Shown in pieces: positions 13,371 to 26,925 of a stretch of DNA of 64,000 bases. The stretch is taken from positions 2,429,518-2,493,517 of the forward strand of contig MU053810.1 of the NCBI GenBank assembly GCA_013239625.1, read 5' to 3'. Numbering within the stretch: position 1 is the stretch's first letter; every line of letters starts with the position of its first letter. The stretch comes from Lama guanicoe (taxonomy: Eukaryota). A model generated the notes under the pieces. The model saw only the letters and a program-made list of their open reading frames with translations. It had not been told where the DNA came from and did no database searches. Made by a program: the position numbers and the translations under genes.

Positions 13371-14949
13371 AGAATGTACAGCAGCTGAAAAACTATGTTT
13401 AAAGACTCTGTTAGTGATTCATATTCTTTACTGATACATGTGATGACATTTAAATGTCTTATGATAATATGGATGGATTGCTAATTCAATCAGACCTCTA
13501 TAGGGAGAATTTCAAAATAATGACAAATTCTTAATCTGCAGACAGTGCATGTGTTGTTAAGGCAAGTGACAGCAGCTAGCTTGGGCACCACCACAAGGAC
13601 CTACCAGCCGCAAGTGGACAGAAGTATCTGAACTGGGTAAGGAGGAGGATTTAGGGCCGCCCCTGGAGTGCGCCCACTGGGAGCCTCTGAACTCCCCACG
13701 CCATAGCCCTTGACTGCCCGCCCCGCGGGCTGGTGTCTCACTTCCTGGGGACCTGGAACACACCGGGGCTGCTTGTCCACGACAGGCAGGACCCACTCTG
13801 TGGCTGGCTGCTGAGGTCAGAGTCCTGGTAGGGGAGTGTCTCGTTAGCTGCAGCGTGCGCTGTGGGAGACCCGTGGGAAGCTGACGTCGCTGGAGCCCTC
13901 CATCTAGGGGCCCAAAGGACAGCCATCAGACTCCTCACCCTTGGAGGGGCCCCAAACAAATCAGCCGGAGTCTGAAGGAAATTTCCCCAGGAGCTGCAGC
14001 CACACCAGGCCCTGGCGGGCTACCCCAAAGTTGAAGAGAGCACTTAGTTCGCACCTGTGAGAGGCACACGCGGGGACCAGAGGGAGCATCACACCCAACG
14101 GCCAGATGTGAGGCTCGGCTGCGGATGCACATTAGAGATGAAAAAAGACCAGCGGAGCCGGCTGGGGGAAGCTGAGAGCAGGAAGAGGCAAAAGCAGAGG
14201 CCAGCCGAGGAGCTGCCGTGCGATTTCATGATAAGACCCACTCAGAGGTATTGACCACAGTGTAAGCTGTGCTGTTCAGTTGGCCTCTTAGACTTTAACT
14301 CCCCTGAACCTCCAGGCTGTGTCTCGTGAGGCAGAAAGCAGCGCGATTCAGGGTGTGCATTGGCGGTGGGAGGCTGACTTGGGTTGAAGCTTGCACAGAA
14401 CTTGCCTCTGAGGCTGAGGCTGAAGTGAGGTGATGCACGAGGTGATACTTCTATGTTCCCCAGAAGTTCAGAAAAGAAAGGGGTCGTATTGGCCGGGAAG
14501 GCTTCTGAGGGTAGCTGGGCTGCATCTGGGTCCTGCAAGATGGTGGAAATTAGATGGAAAGAAGTCAGAGGACCTTCTGAGCAAAGAAGCCATATGACCC
14601 AAGGCTGCAGGGTGGGTGCAAGTGTGACAAAGGACATTGAGTAGCAGAGAGAGCCTTGTCAAAGGAAGGCGTAGGAAATTAGGTCCGGGTAGGAAGGGGC
14701 CAGTTGCCCCAGCGCCTTCATGACCAGACAACTGGAATAGAGAAACTGAGTCACCTGACTTATAGCAGACAGCACTTCAGCAGGGCCAGCCTTGCAGCCC
14801 CACCACATGCTGCCCAGTTTTAAGTCTCCCACAGCCCTGGCCAGGTACCATCCATGTACGTACTGATTCATCCTACACAGACCTGCACGGCCTTCTATGC
14901 GGCCGGCACTGGGCTGGGAGCTGAGTGTGTAAAGAAAAGTAAGTCAAAA

Positions 14950-15515
14950 GGCTTCCTTGGAGGGAACTCCAATCTTCCTGGCCACCAACCCCTGTGCTTG
15001 GGTGGGACTGGCCCCAGCTCCCAGCTCCAGGGGAAGCCCTGATTGGTCTAAACCAGTCAGCAGCGTTCCACCCACCTCGCCGCGCTGAAGGCTGCAGGGA
15101 TGGGTAGTGATCCAGGCCTGACCCCATCAGCCCTGGCACTTCGGTGTCCACAGTGATTGCAGGTGGACACCCGGGGTTGGGGATGATCTCAGGGAGACTG
15201 GGAAGATGCAAGACTTTGTTCTGATGTTTGGAGGAGAGACAGCCTCTCACTCACTCTCTGAATACGAGTAAAGAAACACATCACCAAAGGCGGCTGGCAA
15301 CCAGCTTGCAACCAGGATGGAAGCCAGCCTCGGAATAAATCTGACACCACTGGGGGCAAAGCAGGAAGAGAAAAAGAAGCCCCGTCCATGGTGGTATCAC
15401 TGATCGACTGGCTCCAACCAGCCTAGCCCTGCCCTACGTCTGGGCTCTCCTGTTCGGCAAAGCAGTGTGTTTCCTCATTGCCTGAACCACTTTGAAGTCA
15501 GGTTAGGCTGAAACG
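14950..15515 (+). mobile_element. Old MaLR LTR (MLT1K-like)
   Basis: gattggtctaaaccagtca...cctagccctgccctacgtctgggct...ttgcctgaaccactttgaagtcagg. Confidence 0.5.
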
Positions 15516-18500
15516 AAAGGATTCCTTCGTGATGGAGTTCCCCGGGAAGCCCCCTAACTGAACAATCCATCTGAGAATCCAGTCCAGACTTCGGCAGCCT
15601 CTGGCCCGTTGAGGACAACTCCAGGCAGGAGTGGGTCATCCAGCTCCATCTGCTTCAGAGCCACTTTCCCAAAGGCGCAGAGGCTCTGGAAAGAGCCCAG
15701 GACCCGTGGTGTGCCAAAGTGGCCAACGGGGCCCGCCGGCTCCGGACACAGTCCGACGGGCTTCTTGCGTCTGTTAGTACGTTCTCCATTTTCTTGTTTG
15801 CAGTTAGAAACGTTTCCTTTTAATTTACATAATTCCCCCCTTTTTCTTCTGCCTGCCTTTAGAATAGATCTGTAGCAAAATGCCGCGTTGCCAACTGCCC
15901 TGGATTTGTGTGTGTTCATTTGTTCAAGTGTCTGGCAGGTTTGCAGCCAAGAAGCCTTAGGCTCTGGATCATTATGTTCCTCTGTTTTCCCTTTTCAAGT
16001 CCTCAGTTCAAGCCCTTGATGAAACCAGACAGGCAGGGCTTTCAGACATTCTTCTGAAGGTCGAGCCCTCCTCTGCGGCACCCCAGTCAGCCGGTGCTTG
16101 CACCTAGTGGCTCCTAAAAGCAAAGAATGTCGCCCTTCTGCATAGCCTTCATGAAACCAGCCACGCACAGCACGGCAAACCGTTTGGATCGGAGGAATTT
16201 CCTTTGGAGATTCTGCTAAAAGCTTGAAGCAATGGACAATAAAATCTTGCAAAACCCTGGAAGAAATAGGCTGTCCCTGTGCTTACAGATCCCACAGAGG
16301 CATGCAGACGGGTGGCTGTGGCCACGAGGACAGGGAGCCTTTCCATGTAAGTCACTAAAAAGGGAGAGGTGATGGCGCTGGCTCTTTGATCTGCGGATCC
16401 CGGCATCAGCTGGCTGTCTTTGCTTTTCTCCTCGCGGGAATAGGCGTTCATTTGCATCACTAATACATTTTGCAGGTCCGGGCTTACACCTATTAGGCTA
16501 AACACACCCTGGGGAAGTGGTGGCTGACTTCAGTCTGTATACATAGGAAACATCAGAGCAGTGGGTTCACCAGACTCCAGACCACTCTGCTTATGCATCT
16601 CTGCATGGAGGTTGACAGAGAATGCTCTAAAAAGGGAGCAAAACTGTTATGATTCCAACCTTCAAGAATGGACCCTGAGCCTCTGTGATGGAAATGTTTT
16701 CATCCTGAGCATCCCGCCTTTAACCTAAAGAGGCAGGAGTGTCAGCTCCCACACACGCCCACAGGCAGATGAAAAGGAGCTTCTCGTGGCCTCCTCCTCA
16801 GAGCCAGGCAGCCAGGCGCACGCCCCCAGCCTGACACCAGGGCTGGGCCAGGGTGGCCGGAGACAGCTCAGAAACTACCCCGCGCTGGTTCAGTCCAAAC
16901 CAGAGCCTGGGATAACGAGCAGAGGCCGAAAAATGTTGAAAGCCAAAAAGCCCTCTCTTTTGTGAGGCTGCCCTCAACTGAAGGCAGACAAAAAAGGCAA
17001 GGATGAAATAAAACGGACTTTGTCTTATTAACCTGGCACGCTCGCCTGGTGATCGGTGGCTTAGCTGGCAAATTGCAAGGACCTCGATGGGAGGTTGAAA
17101 ACTCAACAAGTCACGGTCACTATGGAAACAGCTGAAAGGAACCCCAAGAATGAAGGACCACGGCCTGGGGAAAATGTCGGAGGAGGATGGATGTCGCCTG
17201 GAATCTGCCATCAGCTGAAGCAGCCCTGGGGAGGAGGTTTAAGGGATGGAACAAACGCCTTTGCATCCTGAAGTCGACATAAGAAGTCTGCCCCCAGGGC
17301 ACAGGATTTAGAAGTAACGCATGCTCTCCCCTGGGCTGCTCGGGCCCAGTCTGCGTGATCCTCTGCTGCCTGCAGGGTTCAGCTGGCTCTGGGCTTGGTG
17401 GGCCTCTGAAGAGTGTGGCCTTGCAGGGCCTGAGGCGCCAGAGCTGGAAACCCAGTGAAACCAGGGGAAGCAAAATTCATCTGGGATAGGAAACGAATCC
17501 GGGCCTTTAACTAATTCAAAGCTGTGGGCAGTTAAGTACAGAGCTGTTCCCGCAGGAAGTGATTGGGTTCAAGGTCACATTTTTTTTAAAGAAATTTCCC
17601 CAGAAAGCTTCATTTGTGAGATAAGGCCAGGCTTGTGTCTGAGCTGGGGGACAGGGGCGGAGAGCTGGACTTAATGACATCTGTCCTTCCTTCCAGCCTG
17701 TGATTCTGTGATAATTGCTGGCAAGTGCAGTGATTTCCAGTACACCATGATTACGAGACGCTCTTTAAATGCACAGTGTAGACATTCTAATAGCACGTTG
17801 GAGACAATTACCCAGACAGGGGATTACACAAACGCAATAACTAACACCCGAGTGGGGTCCTCCTCCAGCGTCGGGGGCAGAAGAGGCCATCAGAAAACAG
17901 TTCCCACGATCCCTCGGTGGGGCGGGGAGGGTGTCTAAGGAGGTGCAAATGTGTTGTTCACTTTGAGTCTTTAGTGGGTGCACAGACACAGTTCTGTAGT
18001 CCATGCTCTCCTAATAATAGCAGTGGCAAGAGTAATAATAACAACAGCAAATGAACACCTACTATGTTCTCGGCGTGATTCTAAGCACTTCCATGTGTAT
18101 TGTCCCATTTAATCCCCATGGTTCCTCTCTTTCCCAGATTATGCATTTGAAGACAGTTCCCAGTCTCACACTTAGAAGCTTACACGCTGGCTAGGGGTTG
18201 AGGCACGTCCACTTTTCCCTGTGTCACTGCTGCAGTAGCCCCATAGGGACCCTGCCCGGGAGCGGAGGTGGGAGGGGAGGCTGGAAAGGAACAGATGATG
18301 GACAAAAGGCGTCTCGCATTGGCCCCAGAGTGGGTTCTGGGACAGTGATGGCCAACTCTCCAAGGCTTTTCAGGGGCCAGAGGAGAAGCATTTGCTGCAC
18401 CTCAGTCCCAGGAGTGCCCCCGGGCCACTCCCCGCTGACCCCACCTGCAGACATCGTCCTCAGCTCCTCCCATTCACTCAAAGCATTAGCTGTGTGGGTT

Positions 18501-19434
18501 CTTCTGAAATGTGAGCAGAAGTTTGGCCCAAGCCAGGCTTCCTTTTCAGATGCCTGTGTCTTTTCTCAAATAATCCCAAAACTTTAGGGAAAGCACTATG
18601 GTTCATATCACTCAAACTCAACAAAAGAAAAAATCCTGGGCTTGGTTTTTCAACCTTTGGAGTTTGAGGTGCCTTTAAACACCAAGAGTGGGCATCTGGG
18701 TCCTTAGCTGGGAACAGAGGAGATGAGGATGGGATGTGGGGGTCCTCTTCCCATGGGGACCCTGAAGCTCCAGGATGAATGCCATTCTCGAGGGAGAGGA
18801 AACGGTCCAAAACAGAGGGGCTGATCAGTTGCCACCCTCTCCCACTCCACATCCAGCCACTGGCTGCCACTGTTCAGGGTCAGTGAACTGTCCTGGTCCT
18901 TACAGCTGCTCCTACACCTACACCGGCTCCTCCTCTCCCTCCACGCTCACCTGAAGGAGGGGCTCTCCCTGCAGGTCTAACACTTTCTGGACTCTGAGAA
19001 TTCTGAATTACGGCCTCCGGATGAGACTCAGTCTGCATATGGCCTGCAGGGAACCGGAAGCATCCACCTCCCCCAGACCCACCCCTAGGGAGGCGGGAAG
19101 GACCCAGCACAGGCAACCAAACACAACCCAGAAGATAGGGCAGGTCCAGCTCCAAGGCCACCCATGGCTGGAGGCACAGAAGCAGGAACTTGTACTCTCC
19201 ACAGGAAATACAGCAAAAGGCTAGGCGTTGCTTTTGAAATGGGGGAATTTGCCATCCATTCAGAAGATAATATAGCACGATAATTAAGAGCATGGATTTT
19301 GGATTTGAGAGACAGATCTGGATTTGACTCCCACGCAAATCTGCAACAGACTAGCTTGATGGCCTTGGACAAGCTTATAAAAACCTCTGAACCCCAGTGA
19401 TCTCATCTGTAAGATGCGATCAATAAAATAGACT

Positions 19435-19790
19435 CCTGTCTGTTAAATTGCTTTCAGCTGCAAATAATGGAGACGCCTAAGTCAATGGCTTAACCAATAA
19501 GCAGATTTTTTTTTTAATCTCACATGACAAGAAGTCCAAAATCAGGGCAGCCTCTAAGCCCAACTTCTCTGCGTGTTGGCTTCATCTTCAGGCTGACAGC
19601 ACTGTGGCTGCTGCAATTCCAGGCACTTGATAGAGGTAACGGTGACATCCAGGGGGACAAAAATGAGGAGCTGTTTCTTCTGGTGTGTCTTCTCTGAATT
19701 GGAAAAAAGAAAGTATTCCCAGAAGTCCCCAGCAGCCCTGACCTCCCATCTCATCATGCAGATAAGGATCACATCCAGGACTGCAGACTG
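19435..19790 (-). mobile_element. Old MaLR LTR (MLT1J/K-like)
   Basis: ctttcagctgcaaataa...aatggcttaaccaa...tctcacatgacaagaagtcc. Confidence 0.6.
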
Positions 19791-19934
19791 AAGAAAGGAC
19801 TGCACCTCTTCCTCGAATAAGATGTGGCCGGTGGGGGGCACCCAGCTGCGTGCTCTCAGCACAGACTGTGTGTACATGGCTGTTCTCCTAAAAGTGTTCT
19901 CACCATGTCAGTCCTGACATGGACTGACGCTCTA

Positions 19935-20135
19935 GAACCGCCTTGTCCAGCATGGCAGCCATCAGCCACAGAGGACTTTTTAAATTTAATTTTAGATTAA
20001 TTCAAATTTAATTAAATTTAAAGTTCAATTCCTCTGTCACACCAGCCACACTGCAAGTGCTTAGCAGCTACACGTAGCCAGTGGCTACTGTACTGGAACA
20101 CCCAGAACACTCTCATCATCACAGAAAGGTCTATG
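19935..20135. mobile_element. MER3-like hAT MITE
   Basis: tgtccagcatggcagcc...aagttcaattcctctgtcacaccagccacactgcaagtgct...catcacagaaaggtctat. Confidence 0.7.
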
Positions 20136-20596
20136 CCACAGAAGTCAGCCAGAATCTTCATGCTTCGACACTCGCATCAGTGAATATATGTCTGTGGTGT
20201 GAATGGTGCCCCGTTAGACGTGGTACCCTTGTGCGGTGCTCAGGTTGATGTGGGGCAGCTCTGATCACATGCTCTTTCCTAAGCCAATCACTGGCAAAGA
20301 GGACAAGACCCTAAGGATTGATTGGCTCAGCCTTCAGCCAACCATGACTCAGCCCTGCTGTTCAAAAGACACCCATCCTGCGGTGCATGGCCACTCAGAA
20401 GAGAGAGGAAGTTTTGAAATTAAGACTGTGCCAGCAATAGAGCGGGTGGACTTGGGGTCTGCATATAACTCACAGATCATTGTAAGAGTTAAATAAAATA
20501 ACAGATCTATAGCAGATTGTATGGTGCCTAGAATGTAATCATTATTTAATGGACTTTAGCTGTCAACATCATAATTAATTGATAATTACATCTAGA

Positions 20597-20695
20597 GGGG
20601 AGGGTATAGCTCAGTGGTAGAGTGCGTGCTTAGCATGCACAAGGTCCTGGTTTCAATCCCCAGTACCTCCATTTAAAATAATAATTATTATTATT
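20597..20695 (+). mobile_element. tRNA-Ala-derived SINE (camelid Vic-1 type)
   Basis: ggggagggtatagctcagtggtagagtgcgtgcttagcatgcacaaggtcctggtttcaatccccagtacctcc with A/B boxes, AT-rich tail, TSD attacatcta at 20585-20594 and 20696-20705. Confidence 0.9.
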
Positions 20696-22914
20696 ATTAC
20701 ATCTAAATCGTGTTTGGATCACTGCCAGAACTCAGCTCAAAACAAAGGTGAAGAAGTACCATAGGGATTCCCCAGTCCCTGCTGGGAACAACAGAGAAAT
20801 AAAGGATGCTTGTCATCTGTCCTCCCCAGCTAGCTTTCCATGAAGACATCCCCAGGAGTGTCTCAGCCTGAGTCCTGGGAGCCAGGCTAGCTGCGTGCAA
20901 AGCCTCAAGAGCTGGCTCAGGCAGGCTGGGCTCAAGCAAAGGGGCCCTCCTCCCACCACGAGAGAATGTAAATGAATGTGCTTGTCACAGCCACCTCCAG
21001 AGAGAGAGGGCTGGGTTCACCGGGGTGCAATCTCTCAGATAAAACCCTGCAAGAGCTTTGGGCTTCTTGGGAAACACTCCCAGTGAGCACAGTGGATGTG
21101 GTTACTTTCATCTCCTTCACCCCCTAAAGACTGGGTGTTTAATATTCCAAGGCAAGCCAATTTGTCAAACAAAATAATGAATGTTCATGGTTTAAAATAT
21201 CCAGCAACACCAGAACATTTTGACTTCAAAGGCTCTATTCTCTTTCATTATCAAATATTACAAAGTATCAACACATTAGGATGGAGCCCACAGCTCATTA
21301 ATGCTGAATATAATTGCATCAGGCTGTCCACACTGGCTTTTCCATGGGGTTGAATCTGTTGTTTATCAAGATTTGCTGAAGGGAATATATTTGCACATAC
21401 AGTGAGCACCAGGGCCTAATAGAGTAAAAAGTTTACCTGCAAGGTGGTAGCCCTCCCTCCCAGCCTTGTCTCCAGGAATGGCTCTCTGCTGCCTTCTATT
21501 AAATCCCATGGTTACTTTATTTGCGCAGAGGGAATACTAAAAGGTGGTGAGACCCAGCTAGGCAAATGAGACAACGTACAGAATTTACTTACGAAAGTTG
21601 AGTAATTCCTTGTTTGTTATCAGATTCTCTATTGCTAATGTGCATGAACTCCATGGCAAATTACAGTAAGAAAATGATTAATGTCTGAAACAGGTTCGAC
21701 TGTCTTTCTAATCGTTCTCTCAAACTTAGCGCAACAACGGTGCTTGCATCCCCAAAGCAAAACTCTCTAGAATTCCACTGAGTAGTGGCGTCATCTGCTG
21801 GACAGAAGCGATACTGCAACTCCCCTACAAGGTGTCGCCATCCTTCTGAGAAAAATGTTAATTTCTTAATTGTGCTAAATTGCTCAGGAATTACCGTAAG
21901 CTACTGGCGTTTCCCCTGTGAAACATCTTCAGTTAAGCGGCCCGTCTCCAAATTAGTAGAGCACTTACAGACCCTTGTGCAAGCTTGCAATCTGCTAGAG
22001 TCCGAACGCGTTCTCTAGACTTTTCCAGTGGTTTGGTACATGGATCTTACTTCACCTCAAAAGGTCACGAACTCCTTGAGGGCAAGTCTTTCAACTCTCG
22101 TAGGCTTCCTACTATCTTAGCGGGTTCCAGTAAGGACTTGCTAAGGACCGAATAATTTACACAGCACGTACACATCTATATTAAGGAGAGCAGAACTGTA
22201 CCGTAGAAAGCGTACAGAATTTGGAAACAAAACACCAGGGTTCTTGTTCCAGATCGTCCACTGGATAGCTATGTGGCATTGGGACATCTCTAAAAATCGG
22301 TTTCTGAATCTGTAGGTTGAGTTTATTAACAGCTCCCTCACAGCATTATTTTCAAGAATTAATGAGCTCATCCAAGTGAAAGAGCGGCGTAAACCGTGAA
22401 GTCATCCTCAGTCGCTCTTAGTCTCCTTTAGAGCCATCCTCCCTGAACAGTTCCAAAAGCATGTTTGCTTTAAGTTATTGTTATTATACCCATTATGGTC
22501 ATCCTGCCATTCAATTGCAAGATAAATTCTCCCGTTAAGCCCGGGATCATGCCGGTCATGCCTTTCCTTGGGGATGCAGAATGGTCACATCTCCTTCGAT
22601 CGCCCCCCCTCCCCAGCAAGAACAAACAAATGCCCAGGTGCCAGAGAGAGGAGATTTGACTCAGTATTGGCTCACTGAAGACAATGGGTCAGCCATTGAT
22701 TGGAAGTTTCAAATAATGGAATTTGACAACCAGCCAGAATGGGTTGAGGGGGAGACCACTGGGCTCCTGGGTTCTTGGACAAGGTTAATAGAAGGGTGGT
22801 TTGTGGGGAGGTGAGTGTTCTCCCTCACCCCCACCAACATCCGCTCTGAATAGACCACATCCAGGACACTATATGAGGTTCTGAGCATCAACCTTTAAAA
22901 CTCAACCAGGACAG

Positions 22915-23045
22915 CTACAAGGATAAATCATACAATACAGGGAATATAGCTGATATTTTACAATAACTGCAAATGGAATGTAACCTTTAAAAACTGTGAA
23001 TCACTATGGTGTACATCTGAAACTTATATAATATTGTACACTTTC
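22915..23045 (+). mobile_element. LINE-1 3'UTR fragment
   Basis: acagggaatatagc...tgtgaatcactatggtgtacatctgaaact, similar to the 25.5 kb and 32.8 kb copies. Confidence 0.65.
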
Positions 23046-23538
23046 TAACAGTCCTAAAGGGAGTGGGAGAAAATTCCCAGCTTGGGGAACTCCCTCCCAC
23101 TGAGCTAAGCCAAAGGGTTGAGCATCACATAGAACATACAATCCTTTGGGTTGTGACCTAATTTGAGGTGCAAGGGTTTCATATTCCATCTCTGTTGACC
23201 TTGACGAAGGGACCTTCCCTCCCTATGTCCTACAGCCTCTACCAAGCATCACTGTGGTCCAGCAGTAATAGTTCTACAGGGAAACACAAGAAAGACCACC
23301 AGGCGGGGAGCAGAGCACCTTTCAGGATGCAAACGTGAGGCATGTCCTTGAGGGGCTGAGACGCAAGGGCCAGGGTGATGCTAAGTGCTTCTCTGCCTGG
23401 CCAAGGGGGGCTCCCCTTTTCTGAGACTGACAGCTCTCTGAGGTTCTCAGCCTATCCCTGCATATGACTTACCCTTCACCTTCCTCACCATCACCCTTCC
23501 CCTTTGCCAGAATTTGCTTACCCACTCCTGGCAGATGC

Positions 23539-24058
23539 TGTGAGTTCCACAAAAATTGGCTCCAATGAGCCCCACTTCCCAATAGTCACGGCCTCTGTAA
23601 TCCTCTCCCCTGGAGTAACTTGCTTCTAGCCAGCAGAATATTGCGGTGTTGAGGAGATGTCGTTTCCATGCTGAGGTTACAAAACATTCTAACTTCCATT
23701 TTGTTAGGAGACTCCCTTGCTGTCTTTAAAAGCAAGCTGCCAGGCTGGAGAGACCCATGTGACAAGAAGCTGGGCAGAATCCAGCCAACAATCAGCAAGG
23801 AGCGCCACAGCTCTCAGTCCAACAGCCCTTGAATATGTGAATTCTGCCAACAGTGAAGTCTGTGAGTTTAGAAGCATTTCCTTCCCCAGTTGAGCTTTCA
23901 GAGAAGACCCTTATGCTGGGCAGCATGTGTGCTTGGGCAGCATGTGTACTGCAGCCTCATGACAGACACTGAAGGATCCTCAAACAAAGCCATGCCCAGA
24001 TCCCTGACCCACAGATCCTACAGATAATAAATGTATGCTGCCTTAAGCCATTTAGGCT
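23539..24058 (+). mobile_element. MaLR LTR (MLT1F/G-like)
   Basis: ctctcagtccaacagcc...ccccagttgagctttcaga...cccagatccctgacccacaga...ataataaatgtatgctgccttaagcca. Confidence 0.75.
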
Positions 24059-24874
24059 TTCAATGAGTGCACTGGCTCTCTGAATCTGTCTGCCTGAGGA
24101 CATTCTCTTGCCTCGGGGCATGCTTGGCCCCAGCAGGTAACACTGTAGGAGCCATCCTTAACCACTGGAGCTGGATAGATTTCCCCAGCTTCCCAACCTT
24201 AAATGGGATGATTCCCTCAGTGAGCTCCCAGTGGGCCTCCCCCATCATGCCTTCCAAAGCACAATGCTTTTGCTTCATTCTGGAACCTTCTACCCTGCCA
24301 AAATTCACTCGAGCCATTTGGTGTCGGGTGGCCCAAGGTCCTTATGTGGCTCCTTCCTCCCCATTTGAGGTTGTGTTGCTAGAATTCAGCAATTAGGGAC
24401 CTGTCAGCTCCATGATTCCCAGGTGGGGCCAGGCAAGCGCATCCCAGCATCCCTGCCCCTCCTCCACTTGCTCGCAAGACAAATGCAGAGGCAACCCTCT
24501 GATGTCCAGAGGCCTCACTGGCCTTGCCTGTGCACAGCTTCATCTCTAATGATAGGAGCATCAGACCTGGTTCGCACTCAGCCATTTCCTGCCTGTGAAA
24601 CCCTGGGAGTGCTCCCTGACCTCGGAGCTTCAACTTCCTCATGGGTGAAACAGGGCCATTGTGACGCTTAAACCAAAGTGTGGAAGTTACGCGGAGAGTG
24701 AGCTTAGCTCAGAAGCAGTCCCCACCCTAACTGCTCTAGGCCTGCGCGGCCCAGCACAAAACCCACTGGCCCCATGTGGCTATTTCACATTGAAATGAAT
24801 TTCACATTTCAGTAACTCAGCAGCCACACGGGACTGGTGGCTACCATGCTGGTATTTCCATCACCATAGAAAAT

Positions 24875-25040
24875 TCTTTTGGGGAATTTTTAAAATTCCA
24901 ACACCCAGGCAACACCCTAGAGCCACTAAATCTGAATTGCTCAGAGTGGGGACCCTGCCATGGGGGGTTTGTTTAGGTTTGATTTGGTTGTTAAGCTCCT
25001 CCAGTGGTGCCAATGCACAGCTAGGGTTGAGACCCTCTGC
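24875..25040. mobile_element. MER5A-like hAT MITE
   Basis: ggggaatttttaaaatt..cccaggcaacaccc..aaatctgaatt...aagctcctccagtggtgccaatgcacagctagggttgagacc; similar remnants at about 54530-54700 and 62150-62320. Confidence 0.6.
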
Positions 25041-25504
25041 CCTTGACAAACTCTCCACAGCTGAGCTCTCTGCTCCCAAATGTTCCACCTGCACACACGA
25101 ATCCCTGACCTCCACCTGGAGAACGTCTCAGAGATGTGGCCCTCTCCCAAACTCCATGTATTTGCTTACTCCCTCTGACCCTCATTTGGCACAGAACCCC
25201 CTCCTCCCTCAGACCATTTCTCCTTCTTCCACGTGGTATTTTTTGTGGCCCTGCTGGGCTGTGAGCATCTGGAGGGCGAGAACCAGGCGAGTCCTTCCTC
25301 CTCTCTGATCTCCCAGAGCACTGGCCAAGGTGTCAAGCACATCCCACACACGACCGTGTCTCCTGTCTCCTGCCAGACATTCAGGCCCTTAAAGACAGAG
25401 GACGTGTTTCTATCTTTAGAGACCTCTTGGCACCTTTACAGATGAAACCCTTCAAGAAAATGGGCATGAGCTGAGCTCAGCTACCCTCCATAAAATCAGC
25501 AGAC

Positions 25505-25718
25505 ACTAAGTGGGGAAGGGCAAGACAGGGACACAGGATTAAGAGGTCCCAACTACTATGTATAAGATAAGTGAACTACAAGGCTATATTGTGCCGCATA
25601 GAGAATATAGCCCATATTTCATAATAACTCTAAATGGAGTATAATCTATAAAAATTTTGAACCGCTATGTTGTGCACCTGAAAATAATACAATACTGTAA
25701 ATCAACAACAACAGAAAG
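25505..25718 (+). mobile_element. LINE-1 3'UTR fragment
   Basis: aactactatgtataagataa...gttgtgcacctgaaaataatacaatactgtaaatcaac, A-rich end. Confidence 0.75.
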
Positions 25719-26117
25719 AAATCAGTGGGCATGACATTAAAGACGGTCCAGGCAGCTACATTAACACGGGAAGGCTCAGAGCCTCATGTTAAGAGGAACA
25801 GAAAAGGCACGAGGCAGTGGGTGACGACTGGTGGTAATAACAGAAGGTAATGGTTACTGAACGCTGAGTCATACCAGGCTAACTCTTACCCACTCATGTT
25901 TTATCCCACTAACCTGCACAACAGTATTATTGGTCCTGTCACTCTTCCCATTTGACCGGTGGGGAAACTGAAGCTTCGAAAGGTTAAGTCTATGCCCAGA
26001 CTCACACAGCACGTGAGTTATAATATGAATCCTCATACCTGTTGATTTAAAGATGCCTGAGAGACAACAAGTTGATACTGTGCAGCACAAGCAACTCTAT
26101 GCAATGCCTTGTAGTAA

Positions 26118-26287
26118 CTTATGGTGAAAAAGAATAGGAAAATGAGTATCTGTGTGTTCCTATATGACCGAAGCATTGTGCTGCACACCAGAAATGGACA
26201 CAACATTGGAACTGACTATACTGCAATGAAAATATAGATAGATAGATAGATAGATAGATAGACAGATAGATAGACAGATAGATAGAT
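26118..26287 (+). mobile_element. Short LINE-1 3' terminus whose tail is a (GATA)n microsatellite
   Basis: gaaaatgagtatctgtgtgttc...acacaacattggaactgactatact followed by GATA/GACA repeats at about 26235-26287. Confidence 0.75.
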
Positions 26288-26527
26288 GCTTGAGAGGAAC
26301 GAGGCACCAGCTCTCGCTGTGAAGGCATGGGCTTTGGCATCGCACCGCCTGCGTCTGCACCCAGCCCCCACCCCTCGCAGCGCCACGTTCCTGGGGCAGG
26401 ACACCCCCTATGACTATGTTCTCATTTGTAAAATGGGAGTAACCCCAGTGCCTGCTTTGTTGGGCTGTTGTAATGATAAAAGGCACAACATTGAGGGAAA
26501 ACAGTAAGTGTTCAGGAAATTTTAGCT

Positions 26528-26925
26528 GTTTTTTTTTCAATTGATAGATAGTTGGTTTACATTATTGTATTAGTTTCAAGTGTACAGAATAGCAATTCAG
26601 GGTTTTGTTTGTTTGTTTGTTTGCAGATTATATTCCATTATAGGCTGTGACAAGATATTGGGTATAATTCACTGTGCCAGCCAGTAAATCCTGGTTGCTC
26701 ATCTATTTTATGTACACTAGCTTGTGTCTGTTAATCCCATCCTCCTGATCTGTCCCTCCGCGCCTCCCTCTCCCCACTGGTGACCACAGGTTCATTTTCT
26801 GTGTCGGTGAGTCTGTTTCTCTTTGTCTGTAGATGCATTTGTGCCATTCTTTAGAGTCCACGTGTGAGCGACATCATGCAGTATTTGTCCTTCTCTGTCT
26901 GACTTACTTCACTCAGCAGAATACT
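26528..26925 (-). mobile_element. LINE-1 3' end
   Basis: Poly-T start, then ttgatagatagttggtttac...gtatttgtccttctctgtctgacttacttcactcagca. Confidence 0.8.

Noticed and set aside
19975..20025. AT-rich palindrome as a novel structured RNA
   Set aside because: Explained by the internal quasi-palindrome of a MER3-type MITE.
20600..20671. Apparent tRNA-Ala(AGC) gene
   Set aside because: It has an extra 5' GGG, an AT-rich tail, a TSD, stem mismatches and several diverged copies in the window, so it is a tRNA-derived SINE.
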